From the NCBI RefSeq assembly GCF_988242995.1, contig NZ_OZ547043.1: 64,000 nt of DNA; one strand, written 5' to 3'. Within the stretch, counting starts at the first letter, position 1; every line of letters begins with the position of its first letter. A program made the translations under genes and the position numbers. This document shows positions 1 through 10,760 of the stretch, in pieces. The notes under the pieces are model-generated. The model searched no databases, had not been told where the DNA came from, and was given only the letters and a program-made list of their open reading frames with translations.

Positions 1-702
1 GGTAGTGCGATGAAAATCCTCGTACGGGAAAATACCGCTAGCCTGCGCGCCACCGATGAACGTTTGTTATTGGCCTGCGGTGCAAATATGGTTATCCCAT
101 GGAATGCCCCACTCTCCCGCTGTCTGACGATGATCGAAAGCGTGCAAGGGCAGAAGTTTAGTCGCTATGTGCCGGAAGATATCACTACCTTGCTGTCAAT
201 GACCCAGCCGCTCAAACTGCGTGGTTTCCAGAAGTGGGATGTGTTCTGTAATGCCGTCAACAACATGATGAATAACCCTCTATTACCTGCCCACGGTAAA
301 GGCGTTCTGGTTGCCCTACGTCCGGTACCGGGTATCCGCGTTGAGCAAGCCCTGACGCTGTGTCGCCCTAACCGCACCGGCGATATCATGACTATTGGCG
401 GTAATCGGCTGGTGCTGTTTCTCTCATTCTGTCGGATTAACGATCTGGATACCGCGTTGAATCATATTTTCCCATTGCCGACTGGCGACATTTTCTCAAA
501 CCGTATGGTCTGGTTTGAAGATGATCAAATCAGTGCCGAGCTGGTGCAGATGCGCCTGCTTGCCCCAGAACAATGGGGCATGCCGCTGCCTTTAACGCAA
601 AGTTCTAAACCGGTCATCAATGCCGAGCACGATGGTCGCCACTGGCGACGAATACCAGAACCAATGCGACTGTTAGATGATGCTGTGGAGCGCTCATCAT
701 GA
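1..702 (+). CDS. bcsE: Cellulose biosynthesis protein BcsE, C-terminal part (gene starts upstream of window)
   Basis: Reading frame open from window edge to stop at 700-702; 230-aa in-window ORF; lies immediately upstream of bcsF-bcsG as in the E. coli bcsEFG operon. Confidence 0.8.
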
Positions 703-890
703 TGACCATCAGCGATATCATTGAAATTATTGTCGTTTGCGCACTGATATTTTTCCCGCTGGGCTATCTGGCGCGGCACTCTTTGCGACGCATTCGCGAC
801 ACCTTACGTTTGTTCTTTGCTAAACCTCGTTATGTTAAACCGGCCGGGACGTTACGCCGCACGGAAAAAGCCAGGGCAACCAAAAAATGA
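699..890 (+). CDS. bcsF: Cellulose biosynthesis small membrane protein BcsF (63 aa)
   Basis: 63-aa ORF with one hydrophobic helix and basic C-terminus; ATG overlaps bcsE stop; position between bcsE and bcsG. Confidence 0.85.
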
Positions 891-2566
891 CTCAATTTAC
901 GCAAAATACCGCCATGCCTTCTTCCCTCTGGCAATACTGGCGCGGTCTTTCCGGCTGGAACTTCTATTTTCTGGTTAAGTTCGGCCTGTTGTGGGCGGGA
1001 TATCTTAACTTCCATCCGCTCCTCAATCTGGTGTTTGCCGCGTTTCTGCTGATGCCCATTCCGCGCTACAGCCTGCATCGCTTACGCCACTGGATTGCCC
1101 TGCCGATCGGCTTTGCTTTGTTCTGGCATGACACCTGGTTGCCTGGCCCGGAAAGCATAATGAGCCAGGGTTCGCAGGTGGCGGGGTTCAGTACCGATTA
1201 TTTAATCGACCTTGTCACACGCTTTATTAACTGGCAGATGATTGGGGCCATTTTTGTTTTATTAGTGGCCTGGTTATTCCTGTCACAATGGATTCGCATT
1301 ACCGTTTTTGTGGTTGCCATTCTGCTATGGCTGAACGTACTTACCCTGGCGGGACCAAGTTTCTCCTTGTGGCCAGCCGGTCAACCGACGACCACTGTAA
1401 CAACGACGGGTGGTAACGCAGCGGCAACCGTTGCGGCGACGGGTGGCGCACCGGTAGTGGGTGATATGCCCGCACAAACTGCACCGCCAACAACGGCGAA
1501 TCTTAACGCCTGGCTGAATAATTTCTATAACGCGGAGGCGAAACGTAAATCGACCTTCCCGTCTTCGCTGCCCGCTGATGCTCAGCCATTTGAACTACTG
1601 GTGATTAATATCTGTTCGCTTTCCTGGTCGGATATTGAAGCCGCCGGGTTGATGTCGCATCCGCTGTGGTCGCATTTCGATATTGAGTTCAAGAACTTTA
1701 ACTCCGCCACCTCCTACAGTGGCCCGGCGGCGATCCGTTTACTGCGCGCCAGCTGCGGGCAGACTTCGCACACTAATCTGTATCAACCGGCAAATAACGA
1801 CTGCTATCTGTTTGATAACCTGTCGAAACTGGGCTTTACCCAGCACCTGATGATGGGACATAACGGCCAGTTCGGCGGTTTTTTGAAAGAAGTTCGCGAA
1901 AATGGCGGCATGCAGAGCGAATTGATGGATCAAACAAATCTGCCGGTTATTTTGCTGGGCTTTGATGGTTCGCCGGTTTATGACGATACCGCCGTGCTTA
2001 ACCGCTGGCTGGACGTTACCGAAAAAGATAAAAACAGCCGTAGTGCCACGTTCTACAACACGCTTCCACTGCATGACGGCAACCATTATCCGGGCGTCAG
2101 CAAAACAGCGGATTACAAAGCGCGAGCGCAGAAATTCTTTGATGAGCTGGACGCCTTCTTTACTGAACTGGAGAAATCGGGTCGTAAAGTGATGGTGGTC
2201 GTGGTGCCGGAACACGGTGGCGCGCTGAAGGGCGACAGAATGCAGGTATCTGGCCTACGTGATATCCCTAGCCCGTCTATCACAGACGTCCCCGTTGGGG
2301 TGAAATTCTTCGGCATGAAGGCACCACATCAGGGGGCACCGATTGTCATCGACCAACCGAGCAGCTTCCTGGCTATCTCCGATCTGGTGGTTCGCGTTCT
2401 TGATGGCAAGATTTTCTCCGAAGACAATGTTGACTGGAAAAAACTCACCAGTGGGTTACCACAAACAGCACCGGTCTCCGAGAACTCAAATGCAGTAGTT
2501 ATTCAATACCAGGATAAACCGTACGTTCGCCTGAACGGCGGCGACTGGGTGCCTTACCCGCAATAA
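887..2566 (+). CDS. bcsG: Cellulose biosynthesis protein BcsG (559 aa), membrane-anchored alkaline-phosphatase-superfamily enzyme
   Basis: 559-aa ORF with N-terminal TM helices and a Thr/Ala/Gly-rich linker; ATG overlaps bcsF stop; recognised as E. coli BcsG/YhjU. Confidence 0.9.
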
Positions 2567-2571
2567 GAACG

Positions 2572-2602
2572 AAAAAGGCCGCAGAGTTTCACCCCTGCGG
2601 CC
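2572..2602 (-). terminator. Rho-independent terminator (hairpin ggccgcag...ctgcggcc with T-run on minus strand) downstream of ldr copy 1
   Basis: Inverted repeat GGCCGCAGAGTTTCACCCCTGCGGCC preceded on plus strand by an A-run; identical element repeated at 3055-3085. Confidence 0.6.
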
Positions 2603-2652
2603 TGGTCCGGGCGCAAATTGCCATTACGGCAGCCTGACGCCCGCATGACACG

Positions 2653-2760
2653 TTACTTCCGCTTATTCAGCGAGTTCACGATCAGACTGGCAAGAATGCC
2701 AGCAATGATCGGAGCCGCTAAATCATGCCAGAAGGCCATGCCCAGCTCTGCGAGCGTCAT
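2653..2760 (-). CDS. ldrD: Type I toxin Ldr family, 35 aa (MTLAELGMAFWHDLAAPIIAGILASLIVNSLNKRK)
   Basis: 35-aa peptide at the 3' end of the 80-aa ORF-track frame; ATG (plus-strand cat) at 2758-2760; hydrophobic helix plus KRK tail typical of Ldr toxins. Confidence 0.8.
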   Translation of the reverse strand: MTLAELGMAFWHDLAAPIIAGILASLIVNSLNKRK

Positions 2761-2804
2761 ATAGCCGCCTGTGTTGTAATGACAACGTTTCGCGGCTATT
2801 CTTG

Positions 2805-2872
2805 TATTGTTTGGATGCAAGAATGGCCCCCGTGGTGTTGTCAGGTGCATACCTGCAACGTGCGGGGGTTTT
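2805..2872 (+). ncRNA. rdlD: Candidate Rdl antisense RNA (antitoxin) of LDR copy 1; ends approximate
   Basis: Plus-strand GC-rich hairpin followed by TTTTCTCTC at about 2850-2876, antisense to the ldr mRNA leader; placement from known LDR architecture. Confidence 0.35.
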
Positions 2873-3054
2873 CTCTCTCCAGCAACCAATGCCACCAGGG
2901 ATTAAGCCCCCGCAACATTGCGCCTCACCGGAACCCTTCCGGCTTGACGCTGATTCTACGACTGTTTTTCTGTTCCGGAATCCATCACGTCTTCACTCTG
3001 TGCTGCGCATTCCGCAGAATATTATCCGCTTGCAACCGTTGCATTTTTCTTACG

Positions 3055-3085
3055 AAAAAGGCCGCAGAGTTTCACCCCTGCGGCC
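3055..3085 (-). terminator. Rho-independent terminator downstream of ldr copy 2
   Basis: Same hairpin as at 2577-2602 with A-run on plus strand. Confidence 0.6.
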
Positions 3086-3135
3086 TGATCCGGGCGCAAA
3101 TTGCCATTACGGCAGCCTGACGCCCGCATGACACG

Positions 3136-3243
3136 TTACTTCCGCTTGTTCAGCCAGTTCATGATCATACTGGCAAGAATGCCAGCAATGACCGGAGCCG
3201 CTAAATCATGCCAGAAGGCCATGCCCAGTTCTGCGAGCGTCAT
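3136..3243 (-). CDS. ldrD: Type I toxin Ldr family, 35 aa (MTLAELGMAFWHDLAAPVIAGILASMIMNWLNKRK)
   Basis: 35-aa peptide at 3' end of the 80-aa ORF-track frame; ATG (plus-strand cat) at 3241-3243; differs from copy 1 at 5 residues. Confidence 0.8.
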   Translation of the reverse strand: MTLAELGMAFWHDLAAPVIAGILASMIMNWLNKRK

Positions 3244-3291
3244 ATAGCCGCCTCTGTTGTAATGACAACGTTTCGCGGCTATTCTTGAGTG

Positions 3292-3356
3292 GTCTAGAGT
3301 CAAGATTAGCCCCCGTGGTGTTGTCAGGTGCATACCTGCAACGTGCGGGGGTTTTC
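3292..3356 (+). ncRNA. rdlD: Candidate Rdl antisense RNA of LDR copy 2; ends approximate
   Basis: Same GC-rich hairpin plus T-run as in copy 1, antisense to ldr leader. Confidence 0.35.
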
Positions 3357-3718
3357 TCTCTCCAGCGACCAATGCCACCAGGGATTAAGCCCCCGCAACA
3401 TTGCGCCTCACCGGAACCTTTCCGGCTTGCCGCTGATTCTACGACTGTTTTTTACCGTCAGCACCCGGCAATCTTCCTCATTGCGTGATGCCTTCCAGCT
3501 TAATTTCTTTATTTGCATTAGTTGCAGTTCATATCCGGGCTGACTCCAGACTGGTAGTGAAATGCGCAATTTTGTAGAATTGCGCCTCCTCGCGACCTCC
3601 CCAGTGAATCTGTTGCCTCATTTTTTACATACTGCGTATTCGACTTCTCCACCTGTTGCGCAAGAGAAACTGGGTTTATTCATTTTTGCGAGGCCGACTT
3701 CTTTCTGGACAGGACTTT

Positions 3719-4990
3719 ATGCAGCACAACACACTACCGAAACACGATCAGAAAATGCCGTTTACACGCTACGACTTCGGCTGGGTTTTATTATGCATAG
3801 GCATGGCGATTGGTGCCGGAACCGTGCTGATGCCAGTACAAATTGGCTTGAAGGGAATTTGGGTATTTATTACCGCAGCGATCATTGCTTATCCTGCCAC
3901 CTGGGTAGTGCAGGACATTTATTTAAAAACCCTTTCTGAAAGCGATTCCTGTAATGACTACACCGATATTATCAGTCATTACCTGGGGAAGAACTGGGGA
4001 ATTTTCCTCGGGGTTATCTACTTTTTGATGATTATCCACGGGATTTTTATCTACTCTCTCTCCGTGGTTTTCGACAGCGCCTCGTACCTGAAAACCTTCG
4101 GTTTAACCGATGCCGATCTTTCACAATCTCTACTTTATAAAGTCGCTATTTTCGCCGTACTGGTGGCGATTGCGTCTGGTGGTGAACGATTACTGTTTAA
4201 GATTTCCGGGCCAATGGTGGTGGTCAAAGTAGGGATTATTGTCGTGTTCGGTTTTGCGATGATCCCGCACTGGAATTTCGCCAATATAACCGCCTTCCCG
4301 CAAGCCTCCGTCTTTTTCCGCGATGTCCTGCTTACCATTCCATTTTGCTTCTTTTCTGCAGTATTTATTCAGGTACTAAACCCAATGAATATTGCCTATC
4401 GTAAACGGGAAGCGGATAAAGTACTGGCAACCCGGCTCGCGCTGCGTACCCACCGAATTAGTTATATCACGCTCATCGCGGTGATCCTGTTTTTTGCCTT
4501 TTCGTTTACCTTCTCAATTAGCCACGAAGAAGCCGTTTCTGCCTTTGAACAAAATATCTCGGCACTGGCACTGGCCGCGCAGGTGATCCCTGGGCATATC
4601 ATTCATATCACCTCTACGGTGCTGAATATCTTTGCCGTACTGACCGCATTCTTTGGCATTTATCTCGGTTTCCACGAGGCCATTAAAGGCATTATTCTCA
4701 ATCTGTTAAGCCGAATTATTGATACCAAGAAAATTAATTCACGCGTGCTGACTCTGGCGATCTGCGCTTTTATCGTCATTACGTTGACGATTTGGGTTTC
4801 GTTTCGTGTATCGGTGCTGGTGTTCTTTCAGTTGGGAAGCCCGTTATATGGCATTGTGTCGTGCCTCATTCCGTTTTTCCTGATCTATAAAGTCGCACAA
4901 CTGGAAAAACTTCGCGGATTTAAAGCCTGGCTGATTCTGCTTTACGGCATTTTGCTATGCTTGTCGCCACTGTTGAAGCTGATTGAGTAA
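3719..4990 (+). CDS. yhjV: Putative amino-acid transporter YhjV (HAAAP/serine-threonine transporter family), 423 aa
   Basis: Polytopic membrane ORF; start trimmed from ORF-track 3656 to ATG at 3719 ([10 protein letters not shown]...), giving the 423-aa length I recall for K-12 YhjV. Confidence 0.85.
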   Translation: MQHNTLPKHDQKMPFTRYDFGWVLLCIGMAIGAGTVLMPVQIGLKGIWVFITAAIIAYPATWVVQDIYLKTLSESDSCNDYTDIISHYLGKNWGIFLGVIYFLMIIHGIFIYSLSVVFDSASYLKTFGLTDADLSQSLLYKVAIFAVLVAIASGGERLLFKISGPMVVVKVGIIVVFGFAMIPHWNFANITAFPQASVFFRDVLLTIPFCFFSAVFIQVLNPMNIAYRKREADKVLATRLALRTHRISYITLIAVILFFAFSFTFSISHEEAVSAFEQNISALALAAQVIPGHIIHITSTVLNIFAVLTAFFGIYLGFHEAIKGIILNLLSRIIDTKKINSRVLTLAICAFIVITLTIWVSFRVSVLVFFQLGSPLYGIVSCLIPFFLIYKVAQLEKLRGFKAWLILLYGILLCLSPLLKLIE

Positions 4991-5019
4991 ACCGGAGCGC
5001 ATGGCCCCGGTTTTGTGAG

Positions 5020-6024
5020 TTAACGCTGCGGATTTTCATCCTGATCAACAGCAAAACAAGCTACCAGTTGACCGCCGTAGTCTTTTAGCTGCGGCTGCAA
5101 CTGGGTGCAGGGGCCGAAGTGCCGACGACAGCGGGCGTTAAACGCGCAGCCCGGCGGTGGATTGAGCGGGCTTGGCAGTTCACCGGTGAGCTTGATGCGC
5201 TCGCGGCGATCGTCCGGGTTCAGGCGCGGCGTCGCGGAGAGTAGCGCCTGAGTGTACGGATGACGCGGGTTATTGAAGATTTGGTCCTTCGTTCCCTTCT
5301 CCACGCAGCGGCCCAGGTACATCACCATCACTTCATCGGCAATGTGCTCAACCACTGACAGGTCGTGCGAGATAAAGACATAAGACAGCCCCAACTCCTG
5401 CTGCAAATCCATCATCAGATTCAGCACCTGCGCACGCACTGAAACGTCCAGCGCGGAAACCGGTTCATCGGCAATCACCACATCCGGGTCGAGCATCAGA
5501 CCACGGGCAATGGCGATACGCTGACGCTGACCGCCGGAGAACATATGCGGATAGCGGTCATAATGTTCGGTTTTCAGGCCGACTTTCGCCATCATCGACA
5601 GGGCTTTTTCCCGACGCTGTTCTTTGCTTAAGCTGGTATTAATCAGCAGCGGCTCCTCAAGAATTTGCCCGACTTTTTTACGTGGATTCAGCGAACCGTA
5701 AGGGTTCTGGAAGACAATCTGGATTTTCTGCCGACGCAGCTTCTGCGCCTGCGGATCGTGCTTGAGCAGATCCTGCCCCTGGTAATACAGCTCACCGCCG
5801 GTGGGCGTTTCGATCATCGTAAGCAACCGACCGAGGGTAGATTTACCGCAGCCGGATTCACCTACTACCGCCAGCGTTTTGCCACGTTCAAGGTTAAACG
5901 AAACGCCATCCAGCGCCTTCACCAGACGTTCCGGAGCGAACATACCTTTCTTCACCGGATAATGTTTTTTCAGGTCGATAGCCTGCAACAGCGGTTGTTG
6001 CGAGGTGGCCTCATGCGTACTCAT
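5020..6024 (-). CDS. dppF: Dipeptide ABC transporter ATP-binding protein DppF
   Basis: 334-aa ORF with Walker [13 protein letters not shown] signature LSGGQRQR and oligopeptide C-terminal domain; last gene of dppABCDF. Confidence 0.92.
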   Translation of the reverse strand: MSTHEATSQQPLLQAIDLKKHYPVKKGMFAPERLVKALDGVSFNLERGKTLAVVGESGCGKSTLGRLLTMIETPTGGELYYQGQDLLKHDPQAQKLRRQKIQIVFQNPYGSLNPRKKVGQILEEPLLINTSLSKEQRREKALSMMAKVGLKTEHYDRYPHMFSGGQRQRIAIARGLMLDPDVVIADEPVSALDVSVRAQVLNLMMDLQQELGLSYVFISHDLSVVEHIADEVMVMYLGRCVEKGTKDQIFNNPRHPYTQALLSATPRLNPDDRRERIKLTGELPSPLNPPPGCAFNARCRRHFGPCTQLQPQLKDYGGQLVACFAVDQDENPQR

Positions 6025-7004
6025 AGTGTCGGCCTCCCGGCATCATCAAGTGGGTAATGGCATTTGGACTGACGCCCGTCAGAGAGCATATTCAGCGCCG
6101 GTTCTTCAGCGCGACATCTGTCAGTGGCATAGGGGCAGCGCGGGTTAAGCAGGCAGCCGTTCGGGCGGTCGTACTTACCGGGAACGACACCTGGCAACGA
6201 CGCCAGACGTTCTTTGTCCTGAGCAAATTCCGGCAGCGCACGCAGCAATGCCTGAGTATACGGGTGACGCGGCGCATGGAAGATAGCGTGCGCATCGCCC
6301 GTTTCTACTACCTGGCCTGCATACATCACGATGATTTTATGTGCCGCTTCCGCCACCAGTGCCAGGTCATGAGTGATCAACACCAGCGCCATGTTCTCTT
6401 TCTGCTGTAGCTCCAGCAGTAGTTCAATGATTTGCGCCTGAATGGTCACGTCCAGCGCAGTGGTTGGTTCATCGGCAATCAGCAGCTTTGGCCGACAGGC
6501 AATCGCCATGGCGATCATCACGCGCTGGCTCATGCCGCCGGAAAGCTGATGCGGGTAAACATCCAGACGCGATGCCGGATCGGGAATACCGACCTGATTC
6601 AGCAGGTCAATCGCTCGCTGACGGCGGGTACTTTTGTTGCCGCCCTGATGCACCTTTATCGCTTCCATAATCTGGAAACCCACGGTGTAGCACGGGTTAA
6701 GGCTGGTCATCGGGTCCTGGAAGATCATTGCCACTTCGGCACCCACCAGGTTGCGGCGCTCTTTTTCTGAGATACGCTGTAAATCCTGACCGTTAAACTC
6801 CAGCTTTTCCGCCATTACGCGGCCCGGATAATCAATCAGCCCCATAATCGCCAGCGAACTGACCGATTTACCAGAGCCGGACTCACCCACAATCCCGACC
6901 ACTTCGCCCTGTTTTACGCTGTAGCTGATGCGGTCTACGGCGCGGAACGGTGCGCTTTCGTCGCCGAAATGCACCGATAATTTATCTACATTTAATAACG
7001 CCAT
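6021..7004 (-). CDS. dppD: Dipeptide ABC transporter ATP-binding protein DppD
   Basis: 327-aa ORF with Walker A GESGSGKS and signature LSGGMSQR; stop overlaps dppF start. Confidence 0.92.
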   Translation of the reverse strand: MALLNVDKLSVHFGDESAPFRAVDRISYSVKQGEVVGIVGESGSGKSVSSLAIMGLIDYPGRVMAEKLEFNGQDLQRISEKERRNLVGAEVAMIFQDPMTSLNPCYTVGFQIMEAIKVHQGGNKSTRRQRAIDLLNQVGIPDPASRLDVYPHQLSGGMSQRVMIAMAIACRPKLLIADEPTTALDVTIQAQIIELLLELQQKENMALVLITHDLALVAEAAHKIIVMYAGQVVETGDAHAIFHAPRHPYTQALLRALPEFAQDKERLASLPGVVPGKYDRPNGCLLNPRCPYATDRCRAEEPALNMLSDGRQSKCHYPLDDAGRPTL

Positions 7005-7014
7005 CTCGAACCTC

Positions 7015-7917
7015 TTACTGCTTCAGTTTGGGATCGAGCGCGTCACGCAGACCGTCACCCATCAGGTTAAATGCCAGCACCGTCAGCAGGATCGCCAGAC
7101 CCGGGAAGGTCACGACCCACCAGGCGCTTTGCGCGAACTGCAACACATCGGAGAGCATGGTGCCCCACTCCGGCGTTGGCGGCTGCGCCCCCATGCCGAG
7201 GAAACCAAGAGCAGCCATATCGAGAATGGCGTTAGAGAAACCGAGCGACGCCTGAACAATCAGAGGCGCAAGGCAGTTCGGGAAGATGTTAATAAACATC
7301 TGACGCATCGCCCCGGCACCTGCCACGCGAGACGCGGTAACGTAATCGCGATTCACCTCCACCAGCACGGCGGCGCGTGTTAAGCGCACATAGTGCGGCA
7401 AGGCAACGAAGGTCAGCGCCAGCGCGGCGTTACCAATCGACGGGCCGAAAATCGCCACCAGCACCAGTGCCAACAGCAGACTTGGCAGCGCCAGCATGAT
7501 ATCGACCACGCGCATGATGATGTTATCGACCAGGCCGCCGAAGTAACCGGCGATCAGGCCGAGAATAACGCCCATAATCAGCGATAACACAACTACCAGA
7601 CAGCCAACCAGCAGTGACAATCGCGCACCGTACATCAGACGCGACAGCACATCACGGCCTACGTCATCGGTGCCCAGCAAGTGCGCCATGCTGCCGCCTT
7701 CCTGCCAGGCTGGCGGGGCGAGCAGTGCATCGCGGAACTGTTCCGCCGGGTTATAGGGTGCAATCCAGTTGGCAAAGATCGCGATAAACAGCACGATGAC
7801 GACGTAAACCAGCCCGACGACCGCGCCTTTGTTGCGTTTAAAATAGTGCCAGAACTCCTGTAACGGGGTCATCGGCACCGGTGCGCTAATCACTTTATTT
7901 TCAGTAACCTGTGACAT
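7015..7917 (-). CDS. dppC: Dipeptide ABC transporter permease DppC
   Basis: 300-aa polytopic permease; operon position. Confidence 0.92.
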   Translation of the reverse strand: MSQVTENKVISAPVPMTPLQEFWHYFKRNKGAVVGLVYVVIVLFIAIFANWIAPYNPAEQFRDALLAPPAWQEGGSMAHLLGTDDVGRDVLSRLMYGARLSLLVGCLVVVLSLIMGVILGLIAGYFGGLVDNIIMRVVDIMLALPSLLLALVLVAIFGPSIGNAALALTFVALPHYVRLTRAAVLVEVNRDYVTASRVAGAGAMRQMFINIFPNCLAPLIVQASLGFSNAILDMAALGFLGMGAQPPTPEWGTMLSDVLQFAQSAWWVVTFPGLAILLTVLAFNLMGDGLRDALDPKLKQ

Positions 7918-7926
7918 GATGTCCCC

Positions 7927-8946
7927 TTACTTCTTATGACGAATACGCGGGTTCACCACGCCGTACAGCAGATCGACCAGCAAGTTGACGAGGATAATCA
8001 TCGTCGCCACCAGCAATACGCCGCCCTGCACTACCGGATAGTCGCGGCGTTGCAGTGCGTCAATCAACCAGCGCCCCAGACCGGGCCACGAGAAGATGGT
8101 TTCGGTCAGAATCGCCCCCGCCAGCAATGTTCCCACCTGGAGGCCGATAACGGTCACTACCGGCAGCATCGCGTTACGCAGCGCATGGACGATAATCACC
8201 CGCATGCGGGTCAACCCTTTGGCGCGCGCGGTGCGGATATAATCTTCACCCAGCACTTCCAGCATCGAGGAGCGTGTCATACGCACAATGACCGCCAGCG
8301 GGATAGTACCCAGCACAATGGCGGGCAAGATCATATGGGCGACGGCATCGATAAAGTTACCGTCTTCACCCCAGATGGCGGTGTCGATCAGCATAAAACC
8401 GGTTAACGGATTGGAATCATCGAGGAACACCATGTCGCTCACGCGACCGGAGACGGGCGTCAGGTTCCAGTGCACCGAAACCAGCATGATCAGCATCATG
8501 CCCCACCAGAAGATCGGCATTGAATAACCTGTCAGCGCCAGGCCAACCGCCGTGTGATCGAAAATGGAACCGCGTTTAACCGCAGCCAGCACACCAACCG
8601 GAATACCGACTGCCGTAGCAAAAATCATCGCGCAGACGCCAAGTTCCAGCGTGGCCTGAAAGCGCGGCACGAACTCTTCCCATACCGGGATGCGGCTTTT
8701 CATCGAAATGCCTAAATCGCCGTGCATTACGCCCCAAATGTAATGGAGATACTGCTGCCACATCGGTTTATCTAAGCCGAGTTCAGCCAGCAGCTGCGCG
8801 TGACGCTCTGGGGAGATCCCACGCTCGCCCGCCATGATCATCACCGGATCGCCCGGGATCATGTGGACAAAGGCAAATGTGAGAAGGGTAATACCGATAA
8901 ACGTGGGGATGACGAGTCCCAAACGTCGGAGAATAAACTGCAACAT
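7927..8946 (-). CDS. dppB: Dipeptide ABC transporter permease DppB (339 aa)
   Basis: Permease ORF; start trimmed from ORF-track 9072 to ATG (plus-strand cat 8944-8946; MLQFILRRLGLV...). Confidence 0.9.
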   Translation of the reverse strand: MLQFILRRLGLVIPTFIGITLLTFAFVHMIPGDPVMIMAGERGISPERHAQLLAELGLDKPMWQQYLHYIWGVMHGDLGISMKSRIPVWEEFVPRFQATLELGVCAMIFATAVGIPVGVLAAVKRGSIFDHTAVGLALTGYSMPIFWWGMMLIMLVSVHWNLTPVSGRVSDMVFLDDSNPLTGFMLIDTAIWGEDGNFIDAVAHMILPAIVLGTIPLAVIVRMTRSSMLEVLGEDYIRTARAKGLTRMRVIIVHALRNAMLPVVTVIGLQVGTLLAGAILTETIFSWPGLGRWLIDALQRRDYPVVQGGVLLVATMIILVNLLVDLLYGVVNPRIRHKK

Positions 8947-9096
8947 AACCCGGATTCTCTGTAGTGACCCGCAGCCTGGAACTGCGTGTCTGTATTGCTC
9001 ACAAATCAATTCCCGCCCAGGTTGGGCAGGGAATGAAGTATTGCTGCCGGATGGCGCTGCACGCAGAGGCACAGCGCCACCGGGTATGGCTTTTAA

Positions 9097-10704
9097 TTAT
9101 TCGATAGAGACGTTTTCGAAGTGATGTTTGCCTAATGGATCAACCACATAGCCTTTAACTTCTTTGCGTACCGGTTCAAACACGGTGGAGTGAGCGATGA
9201 TCAGTGCCGGAGCCTGATCGTGCATCACCACCTGTGCTTGTTTGTACAGTTCAACGCGCTTGTTGTGGTCGTCGGTGGCACGCGCCGGTTGAATCAGATC
9301 TTCAAACGGTTTGTAGCACCATTTTGAGTAGTTGGAGCCTTGTTCAGAGGCGGCGCAGCTGAACAGGGTGGCGAAGAAGTTATCCGGATCCCCGTTATCG
9401 CCAGTCCAGCCCATCATTACCGTCTGGTGCTCGCCATCTTTCGCACGCTTGAGGTACTCACCCCATTCGTAGGTGACAATTTTGGCCTGCACGCCGACTT
9501 TCGCCCAGTCTGCCTGAATCATCTCTGCCATGCGGCGAGCGTTCGGGTTATACGGACGTTGTACCGGCATTGCCCACAGGTCGATGGAGAAGCCTTTTTC
9601 CAGGCCCGCTTCTTTCAGCAAGGCTTTCGCTTTTTCGGGATCGTAGGTGTAGTCCTGAACGTCGTCGTTATAGCCCCACATGGTTGGCGGGATCAGGTTT
9701 TTCGCTGCCACGCCCGCGCCCTGATAAACCGCTTTGATGATAGCGTCTTTGTTCACCGCGTAGGTCAGAGCCTGGCGAACTTTCACGTCATCAAGTGGTT
9801 TTTTCTGCACGTTATATGAAAGATAGCCGACGTTAAGCCCCGGCATTTCCATCAGGTTGATGGATTTATCCTGCTTCATGCGAGCGATGTCTGCCGGGTT
9901 CGGGTACGGCATCACCTGGCATTCATTCTTCTGCAATTTCGCGTAACGCACGGAAGCATCAGGGGTAATAGAGAAGACCAGCGTATCGATCTGCGGTTTG
10001 GTGCCCCAGTAGCCATCAAACGCTTTGTAGCGGATACGGGAATCTTTTTGATACTGCTGTAACTGGAACGGACCGGTGCCGATTGGGTTGAGGTCCAGTT
10101 TTTCCGGCGTACCGGCTTTCATCATCGCGTCAGCATATTCTTTTGACAGAATAGAGGCGAAGTCCATTGCCAGATCCGCGAGGAACGGCGCTTCCGGGCG
10201 AGTCAGCACGAACTGAACGGTGTTATCGTCCACCTTTTTCACTTCGCTGATCAGCTCCGGCAAGCCCATGCCTTCGAAGTATTCGTAGCTGCCGCCAGAG
10301 ACTTTATGGTACGGGTTTTGCGCGTTTTTCTGACGATCGAACGAGAACACCACGTCATCGGCGTTCAGTTCGCGCGTCGGTTTGAATTCTTTGTTGTCGT
10401 GCCACTTCACACCTTTACGCAGATGGAAGGTATAGGTTTTTCCGTCTTCGCTGACTTCCCACTTTTCAGCGAGGCCCGGGATTACTTCGGTGGTGCCGAT
10501 TTTAAATTCAACCAGGCGGTTATAAAGCGGCACGGAAGAGGCGTCATAGGTGGTACCGGAGGTAAACAGCTGCGGGTTAAACCCTTCCGGAGATCCTTCT
10601 GAGCAATAAACCAGAGTTTTAGCCTGAACACTTGCTGCGACGGTCATAGCCACCAGGCTGAGACCAAGCTTCAGCATCCCTGACTTTTTCAAGGAAATAC
10701 GCAT
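9097..10704 (-). CDS. dppA: Periplasmic dipeptide-binding protein DppA (535 aa)
   Basis: 535-aa ORF with signal peptide MRISLKKSGMLKLGLSLVAMTVAASVQA; family 5 solute-binding protein; first gene of dpp operon. Confidence 0.95.
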   Translation of the reverse strand: MRISLKKSGMLKLGLSLVAMTVAASVQAKTLVYCSEGSPEGFNPQLFTSGTTYDASSVPLYNRLVEFKIGTTEVIPGLAEKWEVSEDGKTYTFHLRKGVKWHDNKEFKPTRELNADDVVFSFDRQKNAQNPYHKVSGGSYEYFEGMGLPELISEVKKVDDNTVQFVLTRPEAPFLADLAMDFASILSKEYADAMMKAGTPEKLDLNPIGTGPFQLQQYQKDSRIRYKAFDGYWGTKPQIDTLVFSITPDASVRYAKLQKNECQVMPYPNPADIARMKQDKSINLMEMPGLNVGYLSYNVQKKPLDDVKVRQALTYAVNKDAIIKAVYQGAGVAAKNLIPPTMWGYNDDVQDYTYDPEKAKALLKEAGLEKGFSIDLWAMPVQRPYNPNARRMAEMIQADWAKVGVQAKIVTYEWGEYLKRAKDGEHQTVMMGWTGDNGDPDNFFATLFSCAASEQGSNYSKWCYKPFEDLIQPARATDDHNKRVELYKQAQVVMHDQAPALIIAHSTVFEPVRKEVKGYVVDPLGKHHFENVSIE

Positions 10705-10707
10705 TAT

Positions 10708-10760
10708 TCTGCTCCAATTGTGATGTTTGTTGTTTTAACCCTTTGCAGTGGGTTGTCGCT
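10708..10760 (-). promoter_or_regulatory. dppA 5' leader with C/A-rich element (AACAACAAACAUCACAA on the mRNA) just upstream of the SD; candidate GcvB-type sRNA pairing site
   Basis: C/A-rich tract read on the minus strand immediately 5' of the dppA SD/ATG; function inferred from known GcvB regulation of dppA. Confidence 0.45.

Larger units (their letters stand above)
2572..2973 (-). repeat. LDR (long direct repeat) unit, copy 1, carrying ldr toxin gene and rdl antisense RNA
   Basis: About 400 bp segment nearly identical to 3054-3453 (same terminator hairpin, same small ORF, same GC-rich hairpin); period about 482 bp. Confidence 0.8.
3054..3453 (-). repeat. LDR unit, copy 2, carrying second ldr toxin gene and rdl antisense RNA
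   Basis: Direct repeat of 2572-2973; similarity ends after acgactgtttttt near 3453. Confidence 0.8.

Noticed and set aside
2653-3378. 80-aa ORF-track frames (2653-2895 and 3136-3378) extending the ldr peptides upstream
   Set aside because: Only the C-terminal 35 codons match the Ldr toxin; the upstream extension lacks a start context and overlaps the rdl antisense region, so the 35-aa ORFs were annotated instead.
7927-9072. ORF-track 381-aa version of dppB starting at 9072
   Set aside because: The upstream 42 codons are not hydrophobic permease sequence and would overlap the dppA-dppB intergenic hairpin; the start at 8946 giving the 339-aa length I recall for K-12 DppB was used.
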